Origin: Rhina ancylostomus
Taxonomy: Eukaryota
Reading direction: 5' to 3'
Assembly (NCBI GenBank): GCA_030265395.1
Contig: JARFYF010000074.1
Span: forward strand, 33,870,979 to 33,934,978
DNA: 64,000 nucleotides
The notes under the pieces were generated by a model that made no database searches, had not been told where the DNA came from, and was given only the letters and a program-made list of their open reading frames with translations. The position numbers and the translations under genes were made by a program. Positions 54,664 to 64,000 of this stretch are shown here, one piece after another. Every line of letters starts with the position of its first letter. Position 1 is the first letter of the stretch.

Positions 54664-54740
54664 ATTCTGCTATGCATTTACTCTTCACTAATTGTGGAAA
54701 TTATTGTGGAAATTAGTGAAGAGTAAATGCATAGCAGAAT
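54664..54740. repeat. Perfect inverted repeat: 30-bp arms, 17-nt loop
   Basis: attctgctatgcatttactcttcactaatt (54664-54693) is the exact reverse complement of aattagtgaagagtaaatgcatagcagaat (54711-54740). Confidence 0.97.
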
Positions 54741-54899
54741 AGAATCCAATATCGATAGTTAAACCATTTGCCTCTGGAATGTAGTTATTTTACTTCTCTC
54801 CCTCCTCTTCCCACCACCTCCCCCCCACCACCACCAGAAAACAAAATTTACATTATTTCAAAGTCCTGGTGCTTATGGCTCTTCTCTCTCATGTAGCTA

Positions 54900-55537
54900 C
54901 AATTAATAGAATCCATGTGACACGAGTAAATAAGCAATATATATTACTAAATTTTAGTAAACGGCATTGACGACTTGGAAGCACATCTGCCCACTGACTC
55001 TTAAAGTACGAGGATAAAAATCTTGATACAAATTGGGGAATTTCTTCTCTAAAATAGCTTAATTTTAAAGATAAATCAAATAAGGAAATTTTGGATTTTT
55101 GGAAATGATCCAGTGGACTCCACTTTGTCATTAACCTGTAGAAGGAAACAGGTATTTCTGTGGACGGCCAGGTTTCGAATGCCTTTCCGGGTGACAAATA
55201 CTTTGGAACAAAGAAATGGAGATCAGTGATCGTGTCGTATGGGTTCCATCGTGGAACATTTCGATTTTGTAAATTCTCTCTACATTTTCTCTTCAGTCAA
55301 TGGTGGTTTTGCAAAAGCCTTTGTTCAAGTTTCTTATGACTTGCTGAACTGAACTTTGAGAAGTATTCCTAGACTTGGGGTTTGGGAATTTGCCACACAT
55401 ACGCTTTGCGTTTAGCTTTGGGGTTAATATTTAATATCTAATGTTTTTACTTTTCTTATTATCATAAGTAGTTATTAAAATAGTTTCTAACACTTATACA
55501 TGATTCAGTGTGTTTCTATTGTTGCTGGCACATAACA
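54900..55537 (+). mobile_element. Probable solo LTR in a TSPAN17 intron (5' boundary uncertain)
   Basis: Ends gttgctggcacataaCA; last 100 bp match the inverted copy at 21973-22085; CpG-richer than the flanks; no coding potential. Confidence 0.6.
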
Positions 55538-56527
55538 TTTCACATTTTTAATATATGTATAGATAAACACTTAAAACTTTAATTCTGCCTACCTTATGGA
55601 GTTTTTAAATTTTAACATGATGCTTGTCCTCAAGTAGAAAAAATTACTCAAGTCAAAAAAATTCTGAGTATTAATATAAGCTAGAATGTCACAAACTAAA
55701 TTGTTCTAGCAAAAATTGTGTTCAACTCTTATTTGCTCCAACAGTCAGTTTCTCATTTTGAAATTTTACCTGCTTTATGGTTATAAATTACATACTCAAA
55801 AGTAAATGAATATAAAATGAGAAGTCTATGTCTTGTTTCACTACAGATAGCAACCCAACGTCCTAGGTTACCAACTGAGTGTCAACACTGAGCAATGCAA
55901 TGCTTGTACCAACCAGCAAATAGCTATCATCTGCTCCACCCACTTGAAAAGAGGAAACCAAATCCAAACAACCCTGGAATTTACCCAACAAATAGCTCAT
56001 GGAATGTAGAAATGATCCAAAAGAAAATTACTGGACAATGCTGTAAGTTAATTAAGCCAGAGCTAGTATGAATCGTCTCAATGTCCAGGTTTCCTGCTAC
56101 AATGATGAGAATAGGATTGAGATCAACCATGATGGACCTGCAGCTGAATGGTTAGAAATCAATGTTGATCACAGCAGTTGAAAAATTGCAATAGGTATGG
56201 TTTTTATGTTTTTTTAAAAATTCCATTGATGGGAAACTGCTTGTATGAATAAAAAGTGATCAGTAGAGAAAAAAGGAGGTATAGCAAAGGAAGGTCCTGA
56301 CACTGGAATGGAGTAGAGAAAGTGGTGCTCTGACTATTCTTAATTATCAAGTATATACAAATAACCTAGACTTAAAACGTGGAGATGATACCATAGCCTC
56401 CTAATACATCTGACTATATAATGAAGTAGTACTTACGTAATGTAGCAGATGGGGATTGAATTGTAGATCCTGTTACTAGACAGATACCCAAAATAAGTGG
56501 AATGAGAAACAAAAAATCCTGATCTAG

Positions 56528-56790
56528 TTGTGTCAGTGCAGAGTTTGCATGTTCTCTGCATGACCACTTTCCTACCACATCTCAAAGACATGCTGGTATG
56601 TGATTAGGAACATTAATTACACCTTATGTAGATTAATGACAGAAAGAACCAAAGGAAAGTTGATAAGAATGTGAGAGATTAAGTTACAGGGGTACAGAAA
56701 AATAAGGAAAGGGGAGCAACAAGACTCATGGGATTGCTCTATTGGGAACTGACATGACCTGATGGACCAAATGGTCTCCTTCTATGTTGT
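56528..56790 (+). mobile_element. Decayed V-SINE/HE1-like SINE
   Basis: gagtttgcatgttctctgcatgacc..tttcctaccacatctcaaagacatgctgg; tail gatggaccaaatggtctccttct. Confidence 0.65.
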
Positions 56791-57246
56791 TATAAATACA
56801 AGAAACATACAAAATCTGAGGAATCTTGACATGGTGGAAGATGTTTCCTCTTCTGAGGTAATCTATTTAAAAAATAAACAGAAACCCATTCAAGACAGAT
56901 ATAAATTATATCTTTTCTCTCAGAGCTTTGAGTATTTGGAATTCTACTGCAAAGGGTCACATAAGCAGAGTCTTCAAATGTTTTTAAGGCAAAGGTAGTA
57001 AATTGGAGAATTGTTCGTTAAGCTGAACATTAGAGTGAAATGAGAGAGATCAAGATTACACGGCACACACTACTATATTAATTCCATTGGTCAGTAATTG
57101 GAAGACATTGAATTTTTTGTCATACCATTTAAGTTAGAAAATGATCCTTCACAACAAAATCTTGAAGTAAATTAAGTTCTTTTAAAAAGGACTTAGTAAC
57201 CTGCATGAAAGAGAAACACGATACAATGGAATGAGCATGAAGAAAA

Positions 57247-57377
57247 AGACAATAGACAATAGGAGCAGAAGTAGACCATTCGGCCCTTCGAGTCTACACT
57301 GCCATTTTGAGATCATGGCTGATCCTCAACAATCAATATCCTGTTCCTGTCTTGTCGCCATATCCCTTGATTCCCCT
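57247..57377 (-). mobile_element. Young CR1 3' tail
   Basis: gacaatagacaataggagcagaagtagaccattcggcccttcgag..gatcatggctgatc..ccatatcccttgattcc. Confidence 0.8.
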
Positions 57378-57477
57378 NNNNNNNNNNNNNNNNNNNNNNN
57401 NNNNNNNNNNNNNNNNNNNNNNNNNNNNNNNNNNNNNNNNNNNNNNNNNNNNNNNNNNNNNNNNNNNNNNNNNNNNN

Positions 57478-58016
57478 CACTCACTAACTTTTATTGATGC
57501 ATCATAGAAAGCATCCTATCTAGATGCATCACAGTTGGTATGGCAACTGCTAAGCTGGAACCACAAGAAACTGCAGAGTTGTGGGGACAGCCCAGCACAT
57601 CATGGAAACCAGCCTCCCCTCCATGGACTCTGATCATGTTAGCTACTTCACTAAGGCAGCGAGAGGTATAGACATAGACCTCATTTTCTCTTCTCCCCTC
57701 TCCCATCAGGCAGAAGATACAGGAGCCTAGGGGGAAAACCACCACGCTCAAGGACAACTTATATCCCGCTGTTATAAGACTATTGAATGGTTCCCTTATA
57801 CAATGAGATGAACTCTTGACCTCAATCTACTTTTGTCACCTTGCACCTTATTGTCTACCTGCACTTCATTTCCTCTGTAGCTGTGACACTTTACTCTGTA
57901 TTCTGTTATTGATTTTACCCTGTACTACCTCAATGCACTATGTAATGAATTGATCTGTACAAATGGTATGCAAGACAAGTTTTTCACTGTACCTCAGTAC
58001 AAATGACAATAATAAA
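57478..58016 (+). mobile_element. Rex1/Babar-type LINE 3' end
   Basis: TNFY*CIIESILSRCIT.WYGNC pattern; ctcccatcaggcagaagatacaggagcct; tail tgacaataataaa. Confidence 0.78.
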
Positions 58017-58494
58017 AAAAAATTTTCTTGGTATTGGTTTAATCTGTCTGGAGAAAAAAGTAAACTGAAGAAATGTTTTCCTCATGATCAAATTCTAATA
58101 ATTAAANNNNNNNNNNNNNNNNNNNNNNNNNNNNNNNNNNNNNNNNNNNNNNNNNNNNNNNNNNNNNNNNNNNNNNNNNNNNNNNNNNNNNNNNNNNNNN
58201 NNNNNNNNNNNNNNNNNNNNNNNNNNNNNNNNNNNNNNNNNNNNNNNNNNNNNNNNNNNNNNNNNNNNNNNNNNNNNNNNNNNNNNNNNNNNNNNNNNNN
58301 NNNNNNNNNNNNNNNNNNNNNNNNNNNNNNNNNNNNNNNNNNNNNNNNNNNNNNNNNNNNNNNNNNNNNNNNNNNNNNNNNNNNNNNNNNNNNNNNNNNN
58401 NNNNNNNNNNNNNNNNNNNNNNNNNNNNNNNNNNNNNNNNNNNNNNNNNNNNNNNNNNNNNNNNNNNNNNNNNNNNNNNNNNNNNNATCAGGGA

Positions 58495-58690
58495 AAATTC
58501 TCCTGCTCTTCTTCAAAGAGTCATGGGATTTTTTTAAACCTCCAATGAAATAGTGGACATCCGGTCTGGAAGACACGAACTCTGACAGTGCTGCACTACT
58601 CAGTAATGCAGTGGAGTATTAACCAAGAATTTAGTGATCAGTTCTCTGAATTATCACTTGTACTCAAACTTCTAACTAAGAGACATAATC
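58495..58690 (-). mobile_element. Ancient Deu-domain SINE (SacSINE1-like) fragment
   Basis: Reverse complement reads actccactgcattactgagtagtgcagcactgtcagagttcgtgtcttccagaccggatg, resembling the Deu-SINE core as recalled. Confidence 0.5.
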
Positions 58691-59059
58691 AAGTGTAAAT
58701 CCATTCCTTTAAAATTCTATTCCATATTAGAATGGATGGTGCAAAGCGTTATTAATTTCTTCTGAAGTCTGGCATTGAGGTAGAAAGAGTTTGGGACATG
58801 GTCACTTGGAGCAGTGACTGCTCTTGCATCTGCAGCTCCAAGGATTTATCAAGATTTCCTCTCTACAGTCTACGAACAATTCAATATTAAAGTTTGGTCA
58901 GCGTCAATCTAATTTTTAGTTGCATGTGCAATACAATAATGCTTTGAGCTCAACATTAGACTGGTAATACGAATCATAATTGTCCTGTGATAGCTCACCT
59001 GGGAAATAACCTCAGATTTTGGATTAAAAGCAATGTGAAAGGCATTTTGAAACTGTAGG

Positions 59060-59510
59060 GTCATAACAATATAATACCGAAACAGGCCTTTCTGCCCAAC
59101 TGGTCCATGCCAACCACAGCATCCTTTCTGCTCATCCCAGCTGCCCACATTCATCCCATAGCCTCCATGTACCAGTTCAAATGCCTCTTAAATGTTGCAA
59201 CTGTACCCACCTTGACCACTTCCTTCTGGCAGCTCATTCCAGGTATTCACTACCCTATGTGTAAAGTTACCTCTCATTTCTCTTTTAAATCTTTCCCCTC
59301 TCATCTTGTATCTGTGCCCTCTTGTTATGGACTCCCCAACCCTGGGGTAAAGACCATGACCATCTACCTTATCCATACCGCTCATGATCTTATAAACTTC
59401 TGATGTCACCCCTCATTCTTATACACTCCAAGGAATAAAGATCCAGCCTGGCCAATGTCTCCCCATAACTCAAGCCCTCTAGTCCAGGCAGCATCCTCGT
59501 AAATCTCTGG
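59060..59510 (-). mobile_element. CR1 3' fragment
   Basis: ORF 59188-59409 EVYKIMSGMDKVD..TRGHRYKMRGERFKREMRGNFTHRVVNTWNELP. Confidence 0.88.
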
Positions 59511-60043
59511 ACTACAGATATAACTTGACTCATACTTAAGGATAATGGATGTGTAAGTTAAAGATGGTTCATTTATCTAGTTTGTTTACAAGGAATAAAA
59601 CCTGTACTCACAGGAACACTTCCACAGTTCAGGTTTCAAAGTCTTTTTTTTTTAAAATGCTTTTACAAATAATGTAGAACAAAACAAACTTTTCATTGAA
59701 ATGAAAAAATTTCATAAATATCTTGTGTGGTAATACTGTAAACCTTATATTTTGGACACAATGTAATCCCCTTATTTCATTAGAAAGCTCGGAAGTCTCA
59801 TTTGATTTAATGTTAATCTTCTACCAATGCTAAGGAAATGAAAAACCACACAGGAGGATGAAACCTGAATCTGCTTTGAAGAACATTTATACGTTATGTG
59901 CTGAGTCTAAAAGTTCTTCCTGTGAAGCTGAAACAATGTAGACATCAGCTTTTCCAAATATCATGAGGTGTTGTTAATTCAACTGCAATAATAGAAAGAG
60001 CAAAGTTTAACCCTTCAACAAGGAAAGAATTATTTACACTTAC

Positions 60044-60091
60044 CATTTTCAACCTGACATCATATCCACACTGTGTGTTAATGACATCCTC
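60044..60091 (-). CDS. TSPAN17: Tetraspanin-17 coding exon (48 nt)
   Basis: ttttttgcag|GAGGATGTCATTAACACACAGTGTGGATATGATGTCAGGTTGAAAATG|gtaagt = EDVINTQCGYDVRLKM, phase 0 at both ends. Confidence 0.95.
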
Positions 60092-60989
60092 CTGCAAAAA
60101 AAGGTAACATTTCGTAATCAAAGCAAAACATTTAGCTGGGATATTCCTGAAAGTGACTAGTTTGGTACATTTATTCTAAAAACTTGGTGATAAGTTCACA
60201 ATGGCAGCACAGTCAGACTACAATATTACAATAGTCCAAACCACACCCAAAGAGTGTTGAATGTAGTTTTTCTATAAAATGAAGGCATTAATCTCAAATA
60301 CTCGAATGCAGAATTTCCTGCAATGGCGCAACTCACGACAAATTTACTGCAATCTTTGACAGCTTTGCCAGAATTTCCTGACAATCTTATTTACACTTAA
60401 CATTTATACAAAAAAAGGCACAAGGCAAATGTAATTAATTGCAAGCAGAGCTGTAATGAAAGTGTCAAAATAACAATTGCTTTAAAAATTGCCCTCAAGC
60501 ACCAGTAATATTACTAGTAGCCACTTAGAATAAATTTCCAACCCTTTCAGAATTACGATATACTCATGAATTTCATACTTTCATGTTTTCATGGTTAAGG
60601 GTTGGTGGGACATGACAAGGGTTAAGTAAGCAGTAGAGGATCCTGCCAGAGGTTATTTATATCTAGAATAAAGAACTTCAGGCAGTATATATAGGTCACA
60701 AACTTTGCAAAATATCTTATTTGTTGATTAGCCAAACACTATTCCTTCAAAAGAAGGATTGTCTAACATGAAATCATACTAAGAGATAAATAGATTACAT
60801 CAAGTTAAAAATCTGCTATTACCATGAAAATAACCATCACACATCGACATAAAAAGACTCAAGGAAATTGAATTCTGTGAAATATGGAAAGCACTTCTTA
60901 ATATTTGATGGTGACCACTATGTACCAGTTAAGGCTTCGTCAATTTATAAGTTTCACATTTTGTTGCTAATTGGAGCTATTTGAATTGA

Positions 60990-62496
60990 ATCTTTAAAAA
61001 CAATGAAACAAAACTGGCATGCCATCTATCAAAGGTAAAGGGGTAACAATGTTAGTAAGAGATGAAATAAGTACAGATGTAAGAGACAATCTAGTCACAG
61101 AAGAAATGAAGTCCACTTCAGTGAAAGTTAAAGAGCAAGGGAAAGAAAACATTGGTCAACGCAATGTATAGCTCCCAAACAATAAATACCCTGCGTGAAA
61201 GGGTATAACTTAAATGTAAAAAGAATAGTGCATTAATAATGGGAGACATTAATCTTCATGCAAATTGGATCAATCAAGTTGGAAAGGTTAGATACAGGAA
61301 CAAATGCACAGAATGCATTCAGGATAGTTGTCTTTAGCAATACATTATTAAGTCAATCAAACAACAGGCTCTCTTGGAGGAAGGTTTAACAAATGACCTC
61401 AGAATAAATTGAAGAGAAAAATAATTGAGGGAAAAGTAAAAGAAAAATAAAAGCAGACAATAAGAATTTATTTTTAGTTACTAGAGAGGCCCAAGTGAAC
61501 ATTGGCCCGCTAGGGAACGAAGCTGGGAATAGTAACGGGGAACATGGAAATAGCTAAAGAGTCCCACAGATATTTCACATCAGTCTTTAATGGCAGAAGA
61601 TTCTATGAATGTCCCATTAATACTGATGGGATTAATGGGATTTTCATAGCATCATGGGGAAAAATTAAATATCAACACCAGAAAATTGCTATTAGCACAC
61701 TAAAGGGATAAAAGAACATGGACTGGAGAACTTGCATCCTGGAACCCTTAAAGTGATTACTAAGATTAGGTATAATCTTCCAAAAATATTTAAATTCTGG
61801 AGAAGTCCCAGCCCACTGGAAAACAGCCAATGTAACACATCCAGTCAAAACAAAAAAGGTAACTAACTATAGGCTGATTAACTTAGCATCTACTATAAAA
61901 AGAGATCTTGTCTTGTATATGGAATACAATCTAATCAACCAGTCAGCATGGCATTGTAATGGGAAAATCATGTCTGATTTTTTTTTTGAGGAAATCTCAA
62001 CCAGAGCAAATGGAGAGGAAATCAGTAGGTGTACTGATTTTTGACTTGGAAATATCATTCAACAAAGTGTTTCACATTGGGTGCTTTACTTTGTGACTTA
62101 ACCATAGTGCTGGAGATAACATGCTGGCAGGGGTAGAGTCAACAGGCAGAAAGCAGCAAATAGGAATAAAGGGGACATTTTCAAGGTGGCAACCTTTGAC
62201 CAGTGGGTACCACCAAAATTAGTGCTGGAACTATGTCTGTTTATAACATATATTGATAACTTGAAGAAAGTGAATATATGGTAGTCAAATTTACAGATGA
62301 CACAAAAACAGGTGGAATGGCAAGTTGAAGATACAAACTGCTATAGGTTAACTGAGTGGCAATAAGTTGGCAAATATAAGAAAATAAGATTGTTCATTTT
62401 GGACAAAAAAAGGACTATTATTCAATGGAGAAAAACTTCAAAAAGCTGCAGCACGAAGGGATTCGGGCATTCTTGTGCACAAAACCACATAAGGAA

Positions 62497-62535
<39 letters not shown>

Positions 62536-63250
62536 GTATAGCAGGTACTGGGAAAGGCTGGTGGAATGTTGGCATGTATTGCAGTATTAAGATAGGGAAA
62601 TTTTACTGCAGCTATATAAGTCACTGATGAAACTAGTACTGTGAACAATTTTGGCCCCTCTGTGTAAAGGACGATTATTTAATTCAAAGCAGTTGTGGAC
62701 ACTGGTGCAGAGTAAGGAGGAGATGCCCNNNNNNNNNNNNNNNNNNNNNNNNNNNNNNNNNNNNNNNNNNNNNNNNNNNNNNNNNNNNNNNNNNNNNNNN
62801 NNNNNNNNNNNNNNNNNNNNNNNNNNNNGTTGTGGACAATGGTGCAGAGTAAGGAGGAGATGCCCTACAAGGTTAAACAGATTGAAATGCTACTCATTGG
62901 AATTAAGAATGAGAGACAATCTTATTGAAACACAGGATTCTTAGAAGCTAGACAAAATAAATGTTTCTTTTCTTGAGCAAATCCAGAGCCAGAAGACAGT
63001 CTCAGAAAAAAAAGGGGAGGGGTGCTCATTCAAAACAGAGGATGAAAAATTTCTTCTCTCAGAGGGTTCTGAGTCTTTGGAATTCCATGACAGAGCTATG
63101 GGGACAGTTCTTGGGTATATTTAAGGGTGATCTAGATGGATTTCAAATCAGCAAGGGATCCATTATAGGAACAGGGCAAGCCAGCCAAGACCCTAAGAAT
63201 GGGAAGCCGGCTCAAGAAGGGGTTACCCTGTTTCTACTTGATGTGGTCTT
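60990..63250 (+). mobile_element. Decayed, internally deleted CR1 (endonuclease to 3' tail), antisense within a TSPAN17 intron
   Basis: IMGDINL (endonuclease GDFN-like), WKTANVT, NYRLINLAS, KFTDDTKTGG, NFFSQRVLSLWNS. Confidence 0.8.
62501..62534. repeat. (CA)17 microsatellite
   Basis: Read directly from the sequence. Confidence 0.95.
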
Positions 63251-63409
63251 ATTCATATCCCATGATCAACTTTCAAAGTTAGAGTTCAAGAGCTTAAATC
63301 AGGTAAAGATTTATCATCTCTAGTTGTATTCCACTTCAAGGAAACAGTCTATTCAACTAAGCGCAGTTATAATCTACATACAAGCTTAAATTGTATGCAT
63401 TATTCATAC

Positions 63410-63535
63410 CGCAGGGTCTTTTATACAGCACGAGAATGGAACACCGCAACGCTCTCTGCTTGGGTTGAAATCTGTACAGTTAAAGTAAATATTTAGGTCC
63501 CAGTCGATGGGTCCTCGAGCACCACAGCACAACCA
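63410..63535 (-). CDS. TSPAN17: Tetraspanin-17 coding exon (large extracellular loop, CCG motif); upstream exons lie beyond the window
   Basis: 126 nt, ttctaatag| ... |gtatga. Translates to WLCCGARGPIDWDLNIYFNCTDFNPSRERCGVPFSCCIKDPA. CCGARGP and NPSRERCGVPFSCC match TSPAN17 rather than TSPAN5 (CCGAFGA), as recalled. Confidence 0.95.
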
Positions 63536-64000
63536 CTATTAGAATAAAAAACAGATATTAGGGCTTTGCAAACAGGCTATAATGCTATTACCTGAAAGAT
63601 GATGGTATTAAAAGTGCAGTCCAGATGCAAGATAAATAAACCCACTTTAAATTTTGACATACACAAACGCTGACTCGGACAGAAAATAATGTTTTGTTAA
63701 AATATCCTTTGTTATNNNNNNNNNNNNNNNNNNNNNNNNNNNNNNNNNNNNNNNNNNNNNNNNNNNNNNNNNNNNNNNNNNNNNNNNNNNNNNNNNNNNN
63801 NNNNNNNNNNNNNNNTATTCCTACAATTCTATGGTACTCAGCATTTCTTCAAGTCTTTTCACATTCCTCTAATAAGTTAGCCAAAATCCAATTATGTTAC
63901 ATTATCACAGTACAAAAGGATAGTGCCACATGCAAGGAATGGGGGAGAAAGATACTTCAAGTAATGGAAAGCAGTATTAATATAGTTAGTGTTCAAACTC

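Noticed and set aside
22020-58576. Long ORFs of 150-300 aa in the ORF track (22020, 25439, 32974, 46116, 57963 and others)
   Set aside because: They consist mostly of X residues read through N gaps.
6866-62865. Short exact direct repeats flanking 100-N gaps (6866/6991, 15601/15721, 23404/23513, 30957/31077, 38636/38745, 43687/43805, 62692/62829)
   Set aside because: They always abut fixed-size gaps, so they are overlapping contig ends left by scaffolding, not TSDs or CRISPR-like repeats.

Overview
AT-rich, gapped eukaryotic scaffold. The repeat content (CR1, Rex1/Babar and L2 LINEs, tRNA-derived V-SINE/HE1-like SINEs, Penelope-derived elements) points to a cartilaginous fish, probably a ray (inference). 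The only protein-coding gene I can support is the 3' half of the TspanC8 tetraspanin TSPAN17 on the minus strand: four phase-0 coding exons (63410-63535, 60044-60091, 53897-54013, 53558-53623) followed by a roughly 2.9 kb 3' UTR. The ORF track missed all four exons. Positions 1-50 kb look intergenic: decayed retroelements separated by repeat-poor, possibly conserved non-coding blocks. The observations most worth following up are a perfect 30-bp-arm hairpin in a TSPAN17 intron, decayed hammerhead ribozyme motifs in Penelope-derived elements (three share one core substitution), and repeated secondary insertions into CR1 3' tails. I found no convincing novel protein-coding system. Repeat boundaries are approximate and family names come from motif recognition, not from database searches.
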